IMG/VR virus record: IMGVR_UViG_3300042922_000685
Location: 1-34,991 of that record
Length of the DNA stretch: 34,991 nucleotides
Source of the DNA: a virus
Taxonomy: Duplodnaviria; Caudoviricetes
Strand: one strand, 5' to 3'
In this document: in pieces, positions 9,944 to 18,839 of the stretch
Position numbering within the stretch: the stretch's first letter is position 1
Layout of the letters: every line of letters begins with the position of its first letter
Position numbers and translations under genes: made by a program
The notes under the pieces: generated by a model
Seen by the model: only the letters and a program-made list of their open reading frames with translations
Told to the model about the DNA's origin: nothing
The model's database searches: none

Positions 9944-10533
9944 TTATTTAACCTCGCTTTCAAATCCTTTTTTCTTTGTTCTACTTGTCTTTCTTTATAC
10001 TGCTTTACATCATCATGCCTTGCTTGTACTCCTGTTTCTTCATAGGCAGGGAATGTACATACAGAAACTTCATGTAAGTCTATCTCTTTCATAGTCCATT
10101 TAACTGTCCCATCATCTTTCCAATCAGTTTCTTCTTGTAAAACATTAAATCCAAATGAACATTGATCTACATCTCCACGTTGAACTCTTTCATAGAGATT
10201 TACTGCATCAGTGTCTTTTGGATTTATTTTTATTCTCCCCCATAATCCATGGCTATCTGTTTTTAATTCTAATGTATTGGATTTATTTCTTCCAAGTACA
10301 AGTGTTGTGTCATGATTTATTAATGCTCTGATATCATTTCCTAATGTACCATCAAATGCCCCTGGTGATATTTCTTCAAAGGCACCAGGCCATAATTCGG
10401 TAGTTTTATTAAAAACAGCAAAATAACCTTCAATATACATATCTTCTTTGTTTTCTTCAGCTCTTTTAGCTATTAAATCAGATTTGTAACTTCTGGTCTG
10501 TCTTTTATTCCTTTCCACTACCATCACCTCCAT
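9934..10533 (-). CDS. HK97-family prohead protease
   Basis: [33 protein letters not shown]. Confidence 0.95.
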   Translation of the reverse strand: MEVMVVERNKRQTRSYKSDLIAKRAEENKEDMYIEGYFAVFNKTTELWPGAFEEISPGAFDGTLGNDIRALINHDTTLVLGRNKSNTLELKTDSHGLWGRIKINPKDTDAVNLYERVQRGDVDQCSFGFNVLQEETDWKDDGTVKWTMKEIDLHEVSVCTFPAYEETGVQARHDDVKQYKERQVEQRKKDLKARLNKWH

Positions 10534-11710
10534 TCAATTTCTTTTGATCTCCTATCATTCCAGCAGGTATATAATTTTCTAGAATAACTCTTTCATTTAA
10601 TCCTTCTAGTGGAGACATTCCTATCCAATCTCTAACTTCATTCCCAACCATTATTCCTCTTACATACAAGTTTCCTCCAACGTCTGCAAGTTCTTTCATG
10701 TCATACGAAAGTAAGCTTCTATGATTTAGTTTTAAATATAAATCAGGACTATATAGTAACCCTTTAGTTAAAACTTGTTGAATAGATTCTGCAATACTTT
10801 TTATCCTAGTGTTTATAAAATTGTTGTACTCATCTTTGTTATAAGTTCCAACGCCTAAAAAAAATGCAGGTATATCAAATATTCCTGCAACAGTTCTTTT
10901 ATCTAATTGGACACTATCGTTTATAGCTAAATCATTTAATGATAGTGGTTTTACTTGTTCAACTTTAAATAAATCAGCTGGTACTACCCAAGGCTTTCCG
11001 CCTCCTGTTTCACTTATATATTTATTAAGTATTTTATCCCTACCTTCTTCACTTGCTAATTCATCATTCATAGCATCAACAGAAATAATAATACTAGGTT
11101 TCCATTTGTCGCTCATAAAGCTATTTTTAGTATGTGAAGCTTGCTTTAAATTGCTAACTATATCCTTAAGTACAACTTTATATCCTTGCCCCATCCATGG
11201 TTTTTCAGGATCTGGATTTATAACAAAATGAAGTACTTCATCATGATTATAACGTTGAGGTCCATAATTAATTTGGTATCCATTAGTTGTTTCAGTAAAT
11301 GAAACCTTTGAAGGTTTTAATGGTATTAAATCATCAATTAATCCATCATTATTAATTTTAGGATAAACTATACTATTACCAGCTCCATCAAGTAGTAGAG
11401 TATAAACAATATTGTACATCCATGTTTTTCTTGTCATTAATGAATATGGATTTATATCAATTTTTCTAGATAATTCATTTTTTATTCTAATATCTCCATC
11501 TCCAGTATTTTGCATTAAATGTATTGTCATTGATGAAACTAAATCCGCTATTTTATGAACAGCCATCTTAACTTCTGGATTATCTGATAACCTAGTGTAT
11601 CCTGGCACGCATAAAGTATCATTAGCATCATTACTTAGAAACCAATTCAAAGCAGTTTGTGTTGTGGGTTCTGCTCTAGTCCTTCCAATTTTCTTCTTCC
11701 TTTTCTTCAA
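10505..11710 (-). CDS. Portal protein (HK97 family)
   Basis: 401 aa after TerL; [25 protein letters not shown]. Confidence 0.93.
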   Translation of the reverse strand: MKKRKKKIGRTRAEPTTQTALNWFLSNDANDTLCVPGYTRLSDNPEVKMAVHKIADLVSSMTIHLMQNTGDGDIRIKNELSRKIDINPYSLMTRKTWMYNIVYTLLLDGAGNSIVYPKINNDGLIDDLIPLKPSKVSFTETTNGYQINYGPQRYNHDEVLHFVINPDPEKPWMGQGYKVVLKDIVSNLKQASHTKNSFMSDKWKPSIIISVDAMNDELASEEGRDKILNKYISETGGGKPWVVPADLFKVEQVKPLSLNDLAINDSVQLDKRTVAGIFDIPAFFLGVGTYNKDEYNNFINTRIKSIAESIQQVLTKGLLYSPDLYLKLNHRSLLSYDMKELADVGGNLYVRGIMVGNEVRDWIGMSPLEGLNERVILENYIPAGMIGDQKKLNGGDGSGKE

Positions 11711-11723
11711 TCATAATCACCTC

Positions 11724-13433
11724 TTAACCCTTACTAAAAAATTCAGCTGCTTTAGAGCTTTTCTCCTTCATTTCAATTAGTTGTTTACATGCAACTACAG
11801 AAGCATCAAATAAATCAATTCTTTGAGTATCTGATATTTTTGAGAATTTAATTCTATCCTCACTATCTTCAACTGCCTTAACATTTGAAATACAGTACTC
11901 ATAAGCTTTATTGTGAAGATAATAATAGTTTTTCTTTTTAATTCTTCTTTCAATTTCTCTAAATGCTTCTGACTTTTTCCAATACGCTTGATCCTGATTA
12001 ATCATCCTAAATTTATGCTTTTGCATACTAGCAACAAAGTCCCTACTGTTATATTTATCAAATCCTACAAGTTTAATTTTAAATCCTATTCTCTTCATTT
12101 CTAAAAACCACTTTACAACATCTTCATAGTCAACAACTTCATCATTACACATAGTAAGCCATCCCTCTTCTTCCCACCAGAAGAAAGGAATATCATCTTC
12201 ATCAGCTTTCTTTTGAGCTTGTGTTCTAGGTATGAATCCATGTGCTATAGTTATATCTGTATCTCCATATCTTCCATATAAACATGCTGCTGTCAAATCA
12301 TGCTGTTTAGATAAATCAGCTCCGCCATACCAATCAATTTTAAGCTTTGATAATTCTTCAATAGTCCAGTTATATTTTTCATCAGAAGCTTGAACTTCAT
12401 AAATATTGAAGTAAGTATTTAATGTATTAGTATAAATATTTAAAGACTTATTTAAAAATTGATTTCTAGCAGTAACGTCATTCTGAGCTTGTAGAGCTTC
12501 TGCAATTAAATCTTCAGCTCTTACAGTTCTCTTATAATTAGGATTTGCTTTTTCATGTTCAATTGGATTTGTATAATCCGTAGGATCATCAGCTTTACAT
12601 ATAAAAACAAAGCACTGTTCATCTTTATATTCTTTAAGTAAAACCTTTTGACAATATTGCAACCTTTGATAACAAAAGCTATTCATGTTTTCACCAGCAG
12701 TTGTAATTCCAATTAAAAGTTTGTTTATATAGGCTTTCATTGCTTGTCTTATAACGAAATATTGATTACTGTTTTTGTAAGCATGTATTTCATCACATAT
12801 CGCAATGTTGCAATTATAACCATCTTGATTATCAGGATTACTTGCTAGCGCTTCAATTTTTATACTTCCAACTTCTTCATCATCTTCATTATAAAAATCT
12901 CTTGAAATTGAATGCTCACTATTATTATCTAATATCCTAAATTCAGCATCCTCACCCATTATTCTTATATTTCTTCTTATAATTGAAAAACTTTCTAGTG
13001 CTTGTTTAAGTACATTCCCAACTATATATATAGTTGATCCAAATTTTCTTTCTAGCAATGATAATGCCCATGTTAAAGCAGCTATAAAAGTTGTTTTACC
13101 ATTCTTTCTAGGAATAAAAATAAACGCCTCTTTGAAGCGTCTTTCATCAGTTCCTTTTATATAAAACCCTACTAGATTATAAACACAAAACTTTTCCCAA
13201 TCATCTAGCTTTAATGGTTTATTTTTTAATGGTCCCTTAACATGTACAAATGTTTTTTCAATTATTGAAATAATAAACTCAGCACTTTCAGCTTTGAAAT
13301 CATATTTGCCTGAATTTAAATCATCAACAAATCTTTGACAGGCTTGAATTGTTTCAATACAAGCAACTTTTCTTCCTTCTAAGATACTGTTGACATACTC
13401 CATGACTTCAAGAAAATTTTTATATTTATCCAT
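11724..13433 (-). CDS. terL: Terminase large subunit
   Basis: Walker A PRKNGKT, Walker B ICDEIH, ITTAG, KANPN, nuclease GADLS and RIDLFDA. Confidence 0.97.
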   Translation of the reverse strand: MDKYKNFLEVMEYVNSILEGRKVACIETIQACQRFVDDLNSGKYDFKAESAEFIISIIEKTFVHVKGPLKNKPLKLDDWEKFCVYNLVGFYIKGTDERRFKEAFIFIPRKNGKTTFIAALTWALSLLERKFGSTIYIVGNVLKQALESFSIIRRNIRIMGEDAEFRILDNNSEHSISRDFYNEDDEEVGSIKIEALASNPDNQDGYNCNIAICDEIHAYKNSNQYFVIRQAMKAYINKLLIGITTAGENMNSFCYQRLQYCQKVLLKEYKDEQCFVFICKADDPTDYTNPIEHEKANPNYKRTVRAEDLIAEALQAQNDVTARNQFLNKSLNIYTNTLNTYFNIYEVQASDEKYNWTIEELSKLKIDWYGGADLSKQHDLTAACLYGRYGDTDITIAHGFIPRTQAQKKADEDDIPFFWWEEEGWLTMCNDEVVDYEDVVKWFLEMKRIGFKIKLVGFDKYNSRDFVASMQKHKFRMINQDQAYWKKSEAFREIERRIKKKNYYYLHNKAYEYCISNVKAVEDSEDRIKFSKISDTQRIDLFDASVVACKQLIEMKEKSSKAAEFFSKG

Positions 13434-13809
13434 TTATATTACTTAGTGCCTTTTCTAGCTTACTAACCTTTTTCTTTTTAGTTAGTTCATCATTAATCCT
13501 GTTTAATCCAGCAGGATTTAAACCGAGCTTATCTGAATATGATAGGATATCTTTTCTTAAACCTTCAAGTGCCATGTAAACAGGTGTCTTTCTTTCATTT
13601 GTTGCTCCTGCCTTATTTGTATATTCATCAGTAATCTTAAAATTAGATTTTTTAAATTGAAAATTCAATACTTCATACTGATGCATTAGTCCAGCATAAA
13701 TTTCAATTATGGGATCAAAGGATTTTTTATAGATTAATAATTCTTTCATTTGCTTAATGGTGTCTCTTTTAATTTTTGCTATTCTTTTATCGTTCGTATC
13801 CTTTTCCAT
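13426..13809 (-). CDS. terS: Terminase small subunit (P27 family)
   Basis: Directly upstream of TerL; YTNKAGATNERKTP and LGLNP motifs. Confidence 0.9.
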   Translation of the reverse strand: MEKDTNDKRIAKIKRDTIKQMKELLIYKKSFDPIIEIYAGLMHQYEVLNFQFKKSNFKITDEYTNKAGATNERKTPVYMALEGLRKDILSYSDKLGLNPAGLNRINDELTKKKKVSKLEKALSNING

Positions 13810-13839
13810 TTTGAACCCCCTTTCTAAAAAATATCGTGT

Positions 13840-13905
13840 AGTCGGAGAACTAGCCTTATCCCCGTTTTCCTAGAGTTAAAATTTTATGAATGATGGTGGG
13901 GGGGA
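13840..13905. other. Candidate cos/packaging site
   Basis: GC-rich patch (G7 run, CCTTATCCCCG) just upstream of terS, the usual cos position in HNH/HK97-type phages; exact cut site not determinable. Confidence 0.35.
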
Positions 13906-14333
13906 TACGATTTTGTAGAAACTTCTACAAATAAATCAGAGTATAAATCATACCTTCTCAAAGTACGCTCACATATACTCATGAACCCAACAGGCAATCG
14001 GTTGTCTTTGTTTAATCTACGCCTACACTCTGTAGCTATCGTATTTAACCATATGAACTTACTGCCTATTAATAATTCCATCTCAGCATCATCAGGCATA
14101 CATCTAATTAACCAAACATTGTTGAATTCATATTCATCACGTTTATAGATTGTAGCTTTAATTAAGTCATTGATGTAATTAGCAATGTTGTCATCCTTCC
14201 TTTCATGTTCATCTCTATTTGTAAGAGCGTGATATAACATGTCTAGGTCTAGCATTATATCTCCCTTATCCATTCTTTCTTTAACATAAGTAGTCTTACC
14301 TGCGCCTGGGAATCCACAAACAACTGTTACCAT
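13884..14333 (-). CDS. Small P-loop (AAA_33/kinase-like) protein
   Basis: VVCGFPGAGKTT Walker A, LDLD; overlaps the HNH stop. Confidence 0.8.
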   Translation of the reverse strand: MVTVVCGFPGAGKTTYVKERMDKGDIMLDLDMLYHALTNRDEHERKDDNIANYINDLIKATIYKRDEYEFNNVWLIRCMPDDAEMELLIGSKFIWLNTIATECRRRLNKDNRLPVGFMSICERTLRRYDLYSDLFVEVSTKSYPPHHHS

Positions 14334-14572
14334 CTTCTACTTCCTCCCTTCTCAGGATGTTCTTTGTTATGACATTTATTGCAAAGACTTTTTAAATTAC
14401 TATCTTTTAATGCCAGTTCTGGATTATCTTCTAAATGCTTTATGTGATGTACTGTTATTGCTGCTGTTCTTCTTCCATACTTCTTACACTCTTGACAAAG
14501 ATATTCATCTCGTCTTAATATTGCTTTTCTTTTTCTTTTCCATTTCTCAGATGTATAAAAATTTGTACTCAT
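14327..14572 (-). CDS. HNH endonuclease (packaging-associated)
   Basis: RDEYLCQEC, VHHI, NLKSLCNKCHNKEH. Confidence 0.95.
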   Translation of the reverse strand: MSTNFYTSEKWKRKRKAILRRDEYLCQECKKYGRRTAAITVHHIKHLEDNPELALKDSNLKSLCNKCHNKEHPEKGGSRRW

Positions 14573-14600
14573 AAAGCTATCCTTTCTCTTGAAATAGTGG

Positions 14601-14681
14601 CGAACATTATTGAAATTATACTTTTAATGTTCGTGTTTTAGGTGTTTGAATGTTTGATTTACTTAGAGAATCACACATTCA
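14601..14681. other. Two inverted repeats downstream of the 201-aa recombinase; candidate recombination/binding site
   Basis: CGAACATTA-N15-TAATGTTCG (14601-14633) and TGAATGTTTGATT-N9-AATCACACATTCA (14647-14681, 12/13 match). Confidence 0.5.
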
Positions 14682-14776
14682 TTTAAAACTTTCTCTACTA
14701 ATATAAGTCATTAATTTTTATCGCATTAATGTTTATATGCTCATTTTTTAAACATTCACTGGTTAAAAAAATAATA

Positions 14777-15382
14777 TCACCTTACAAGATCACTTAGTGA
14801 CTTGCTATATTGGTGATACTTTTCTTTATCTATTCCTATATATAATTTTGTTTCTTCTACTGAAGAATGTCCTAATAATTCTTTAACTACAACTATATCT
14901 TTATCGTTAGTATTATAAATTCTATATGCATAAGTCTTTCTCATGCTATGAGCGGTTATGTCTTGCAAGCCAAAATATTCTCCAGCATCTTTTAATATAT
15001 TGCTTACTGCTTGGACTCCTATATGCTTATTCATACCTTTTCTTGATTGGAATATATATTCATAATCTTTTTTATCTTTTATATATTCCTTTAGTATTTT
15101 AGCTAACTTAGGAATTATTTCGACTGTCCTTGGTTTACGATTTTTTTCTCTTATGTTCTTAGAGTTTTTCTTCTTGCCTTCAAGTATTTCAAACTCTCCC
15201 CTTTTAAGGGCATCTTTAATATCTCGTGTTTTTAATTTAACTAAGTCACCTGCTCTATAGCCTGTAGTTATTCCTAACACAAAAAGCACATAATTTCTTT
15301 CACTTTTATATTTTAAATAATCTTGAATATCTAAAACTAATTCTGTGCTTTTTATAGGTTTAGCAGGTCTTTTTCTGCTCAT
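14777..15382 (-). CDS. Tyrosine recombinase, catalytic domain only
   Basis: TTGYRAGD (R), HSMRKT (HxxR), LLGH, TKLY (Y); 201 aa with no N-terminal binding domain. Confidence 0.92.
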   Translation of the reverse strand: MSRKRPAKPIKSTELVLDIQDYLKYKSERNYVLFVLGITTGYRAGDLVKLKTRDIKDALKRGEFEILEGKKKNSKNIREKNRKPRTVEIIPKLAKILKEYIKDKKDYEYIFQSRKGMNKHIGVQAVSNILKDAGEYFGLQDITAHSMRKTYAYRIYNTNDKDIVVVKELLGHSSVEETKLYIGIDKEKYHQYSKSLSDLVR

Positions 15383-15386
15383 TTCA

Positions 15387-15608
15387 TCATCTCACCTGCC
15401 TTATTGCTCCGCCTACACGCTTGTAAGATGAATGTTTAATACACTCTTTTAAATTGGAGGTTTTACTCTCTTTGCTTAATCTTTGAGAATTACAATAAGG
15501 ACAAGCAATATATCTGTTATTCTTTATGCTATCCTCAACCTGCTCTTTTAAAAGAATAGTTTCATTTTTACATGATCTACAGCTATAAATTTCATAAATA
15601 TCTTGCAT
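15387..15608 (-). CDS. Small zinc-ribbon protein
   Basis: CRSC...CPYC; strong GGAGG SD. Confidence 0.75.
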   Translation of the reverse strand: MQDIYEIYSCRSCKNETILLKEQVEDSIKNNRYIACPYCNSQRLSKESKTSNLKECIKHSSYKRVGGAIRQVR

Positions 15609-15635
15609 ATCCTCCCTCCTAATTCTTCAAATTAA

Positions 15636-15664
15636 AAGGACAGGAATATTAAACTCCTGTCCTT
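15636..15664 (-). terminator. Intrinsic terminator-like hairpin in late leader
   Basis: AAGGACAGGA-N9-TCCTGTCCTT followed by T-run on the minus strand. Confidence 0.65.
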
Positions 15665-15746
15665 ATTTGCAGTAACCACTAGTTGTAAGTCCCTACTAAT
15701 TAACTGCCAAAATATATTTTTTCACACTATCATCATAAATCTTTTG

Positions 15747-15778
15747 CAACCCCATCACAACCCCATCTTTTCCCCAAA
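15747..15778 (-). promoter_or_regulatory. Direct repeats, candidate late-activator binding site
   Basis: CAACCCCATC at 15747-15756 and 15758-15767 (11-bp period) plus a degenerate third copy, immediately after the activator stop. Confidence 0.6.
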
Positions 15779-15779
15779 C

Positions 15780-16316
15780 TCACCCTATCAAATCTATTTT
15801 TAAACCATCTACACCAAATAAAAGAACGCTTAATTCATCTATCATCTCTTTAACCCATCTTCCTGGTGTATTCTTGCCGCAATTAAGTTTTTCTTGTATA
15901 TACTCATAACTTTTTTCATTTATAAAAAACATCTCTAAAGCACGATACTTTTCAATTGTTCCTTCTTTTGCCTGTCTCTTTTTTAACTCATTCAATGCCA
16001 TATCAATATGAGCTATCATTACTAAGGTTCTAGCCTTACTTTGTTTTATAGAGAGAATATATATTTCATCTTCACTCAAAGTATCATAATCACCATTATT
16101 AATAGCAAACTTTAAACTATCTATCCCTTTCTCTGAATGTTTTTTCAAATCAGTATAATTACTCATTAGCAATCTAGTGTTATGAAAAATTTTACTTCTT
16201 TTTTCTTCCATTTCTTTTGTTTTATATTCTTTAATAGCTTCTCTAGCTCCTAACTTAGCTCCTTCAGCTGCTGCTTTTTGAATTAATTCCTCATAATTTA
16301 TTTTATTATTTTTCAT
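15780..16316 (-). CDS. Late transcriptional activator (ArpU/RinA-like, sigma r4-type HTH)
   Basis: End of early region; HNTRLLM..Y, C-terminal SYEYIQEKL..GKNT..RW...LSVLLFG. Confidence 0.75.
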   Translation of the reverse strand: MKNNKINYEELIQKAAAEGAKLGAREAIKEYKTKEMEEKRSKIFHNTRLLMSNYTDLKKHSEKGIDSLKFAINNGDYDTLSEDEIYILSIKQSKARTLVMIAHIDMALNELKKRQAKEGTIEKYRALEMFFINEKSYEYIQEKLNCGKNTPGRWVKEMIDELSVLLFGVDGLKIDLIG

Positions 16317-16422
16317 TTAAATCCTCCTTTTTATTTTTAACTTCTGGTGTCTTTTTCCCTGCTGCTTTCATTAGTGATAATCCATAAATAAGTAAGAGTA
16401 TATAAATTATTATCCATTTCAT
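16306..16422 (-). CDS. 38-aa single-TM peptide
   Basis: MKWIIIYILLLIYGLSLMKAAGKK...; GGAGG SD; fills an operon gap; below the ORF-track cutoff. Confidence 0.55.
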   Translation of the reverse strand: MKWIIIYILLLIYGLSLMKAAGKKTPEVKNKKEDLNEK

Positions 16423-16426
16423 AGCA

Positions 16427-16669
16427 TTACCCCTCCATATGTTTACCCCATACATATCCTTCTCGTTTTTCTATTTCACCTTTCAAATCTAAATCCATTA
16501 ATAAAAGCATTACTTCCATGCAACTTCTTTTAAATATCTTAGACATTTCTTTTATTCCTGCTCCACATTCCCATAAATCTTTAGCTTTATCTATTTGAGA
16601 TGGATACCAACAAAAGTCAGTATCCAATAGAATAGTTACTAATTTTTCAGTATTCTTTTTGCCCTTCAT
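16427..16669 (-). CDS. Small HTH-like hypothetical protein
   Basis: W..GAGIKEMSKIFKRS..EV pattern. Confidence 0.6.
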   Translation of the reverse strand: MKGKKNTEKLVTILLDTDFCWYPSQIDKAKDLWECGAGIKEMSKIFKRSCMEVMLLLMDLDLKGEIEKREGYVWGKHMEG

Positions 16670-17784
16670 TACTTTTCAATGTAGTTGATTATATTTTTAA
16701 GAACCATGTTTATTGTTCCATCACCATTTCTAACAACTTCAAACTTACTTTTATCATTATAAGTTTCATTGTCTAGGTATAAATCTAAGTTTCTATCAAT
16801 GTTTAATCTTAGTCTTTTAGTCTTTTTCTCAACATACTTTTTATCAACATAAACTTCTTCATTAATACCTTTGCTTATTATAAAATCATCAAATACTTTT
16901 TTAGCTTCAGGCTCATTTTCAAATAACTTATCTGAGAGCTTGGATATATTTATTTTTTCTTCATTTAACAATTCATTTCTTATTGTAGATCTTACAAATT
17001 CAGCTTTATCAGCATCATTATTTATAAATGCTCTTGTAAAGTGTTCTGAACAGTCAATTAACCTTTTAGTTGAATCCCTACTGTTTTCTATTAAAGTGCA
17101 ATATAGAAAGTTTTTAGTAAAATAATTCAATCCATAATCTTCATCATTAGTTTTTTTATTTATTTTATCTATTACCATCAAATTAAACTGCTGATTCATT
17201 GATATAGGTTTAATAAATGCTGCTTTATCAATTTTACAATTTGAATGAGGTAATCCTAATGGTTGCTTAACTAAATTAATAGCTAGATTATTTTCAATAA
17301 AATCCACTTTATGAGTATAGTTGCTTATATAATCTAGTTTTAGCATTCCAATCATAGGACCTTGATCTGTTGATAGAGATACAACTATTAAGTCGCATGA
17401 TGGAATGTTCCCTTGGCTTTTCATTATTGCAAAAAGTTGTTTACTAATTTCTTTTGATATTTCAATTAAATTTCTATTAGATCCATTTAAGTAATCCTGA
17501 GATACTTCTCTTACAAGGTTTCTTTCCTCATTGAATAATGCATACTTTAAATTTTCATCATTAAAAGCTCTTTCTATGTGTTTATAAATAAACTTATAAA
17601 CCTCATCCCCTAAATCTAACTTATATTCATTTAATACTGGTTCATCAGCGTTGTTATCTAATATATGGACTATTGCTTCAATGATATTTATGTCTTGTGG
17701 TATGCAACTTGTATCTATAGCTATGCTTAATTCTTGATATTCCCATTCTCCAGCTTTTTTCATTTTAGATTCATGTATATCCAT
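16669..17784 (-). CDS. Nucleoid-associated protein (YejK/NdpA, NA37 family)
   Basis: AIVHILDNNADEPVLNE, GNIPSCDLIVV, GMLKLDY, YFTKNFL, NGDGTINMVLKNI. Confidence 0.85.
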   Translation of the reverse strand: MDIHESKMKKAGEWEYQELSIAIDTSCIPQDINIIEAIVHILDNNADEPVLNEYKLDLGDEVYKFIYKHIERAFNDENLKYALFNEERNLVREVSQDYLNGSNRNLIEISKEISKQLFAIMKSQGNIPSCDLIVVSLSTDQGPMIGMLKLDYISNYTHKVDFIENNLAINLVKQPLGLPHSNCKIDKAAFIKPISMNQQFNLMVIDKINKKTNDEDYGLNYFTKNFLYCTLIENSRDSTKRLIDCSEHFTRAFINNDADKAEFVRSTIRNELLNEEKINISKLSDKLFENEPEAKKVFDDFIISKGINEEVYVDKKYVEKKTKRLRLNIDRNLDLYLDNETYNDKSKFEVVRNGDGTINMVLKNIINYIEK

Positions 17785-17799
17785 AACTTAACCCCTTTC

Positions 17800-18075
17800 T
17801 TATTTATTCTTTTTAATCCATTTCCAAAGTTTTATTGATGACATATTGTCAACTTTTTTAACTCTTATAAATTTATCTTCTTTTACATAACGCCATTGAA
17901 CATTTTTAGGTGTACCAAATACAAGTTCATTTTTAACAAGTTTAAATCCATTAGCTTTTAATATCATTCTTTTAATTATTGCATCAGCATAATAAAAGAA
18001 AACTGGTACTGCTAAAAATATGAATAAAGCAACTAACAATTCTACTCTTATTTCTAAAGAAACATATTGTTTCAT
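17800..18075 (-). CDS. Hypothetical membrane protein
   Basis: 91 aa with an N-terminal hydrophobic helix. Confidence 0.65.
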   Translation of the reverse strand: MKQYVSLEIRVELLVALFIFLAVPVFFYYADAIIKRMILKANGFKLVKNELVFGTPKNVQWRYVKEDKFIRVKKVDNMSSIKLWKWIKKNK

Positions 18076-18169
18076 TAAATCACCCTTTCATTATTATTTG
18101 ATAGTCATTTGAGAACTAAAGGATATGACTATTGCTGAAATATCCTTTATTCTCTCTTATGTTTTAATA

Positions 18170-18565
18170 CTAATCTATATTTTCTAATTCAACTGGTATC
18201 CACATTTTTGGATTATAGTTAAGTGAATATTTATATTTATCAACATCTTTATACTCCTTTTGTTCAACAACATATGCTACATTATCACCTAATCCAATAA
18301 AGTGTTTTTGATAAGTTCCTTCCGCGCTTTCAACTATAACCTCTAGCTGATTATCTGAAGTATCTGCCTTTATAGACATCTTTCCAGTCATTTGGAATAA
18401 TACATCGCCCTGAATACAATTCATTACAGTTAATTGCCTAACTATATTGAAGTTATCAGCTTCCTGGGATAGATTGTGCGATACTTTGTCTGACTGTCTA
18501 TCGCATCCTGCTATTGTCATTGCTACACCTATTGTTAATATGAACGTTAATATTTTATTTTTCAC
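18170..18565 (-). CDS. Phage lipoprotein
   Basis: Signal peptide with lipobox IAG-C; VSHNLSQEADNFNIVRQLTV. Confidence 0.8.
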   Translation of the reverse strand: MKNKILTFILTIGVAMTIAGCDRQSDKVSHNLSQEADNFNIVRQLTVMNCIQGDVLFQMTGKMSIKADTSDNQLEVIVESAEGTYQKHFIGLGDNVAYVVEQKEYKDVDKYKYSLNYNPKMWIPVELENID

Positions 18566-18586
18566 TATTTGTTCCTCCTGTATTTC

Positions 18587-18781
18587 TTAATATTTGTGCC
18601 TTTTAAATAATTCTTTAGCAACCTCTGCTATTTTGTTTGTATACACTTTCCAACAATCGTGACATACTTCTCTATGTGTTAAACCTTCTAAGCTTCCAAA
18701 GGTTATCTCAATTGATGTTAATTGCCCTTTATTTTCTACTTGCTTATTGCAACAATCACAATAATATTGAGTCTTTCTCAT
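18587..18781 (-). CDS. Small zinc-finger protein
   Basis: YCDCC...VCHDC; AGGAG SD. Confidence 0.7.
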   Translation of the reverse strand: MRKTQYYCDCCNKQVENKGQLTSIEITFGSLEGLTHREVCHDCWKVYTNKIAEVAKELFKRHKY

Positions 18782-18839
18782 AAATAATCTCCTTATTAAA
18801 TTTTGCTGTTTTACTTCTTAATATTTTTGTATTGCGAAC

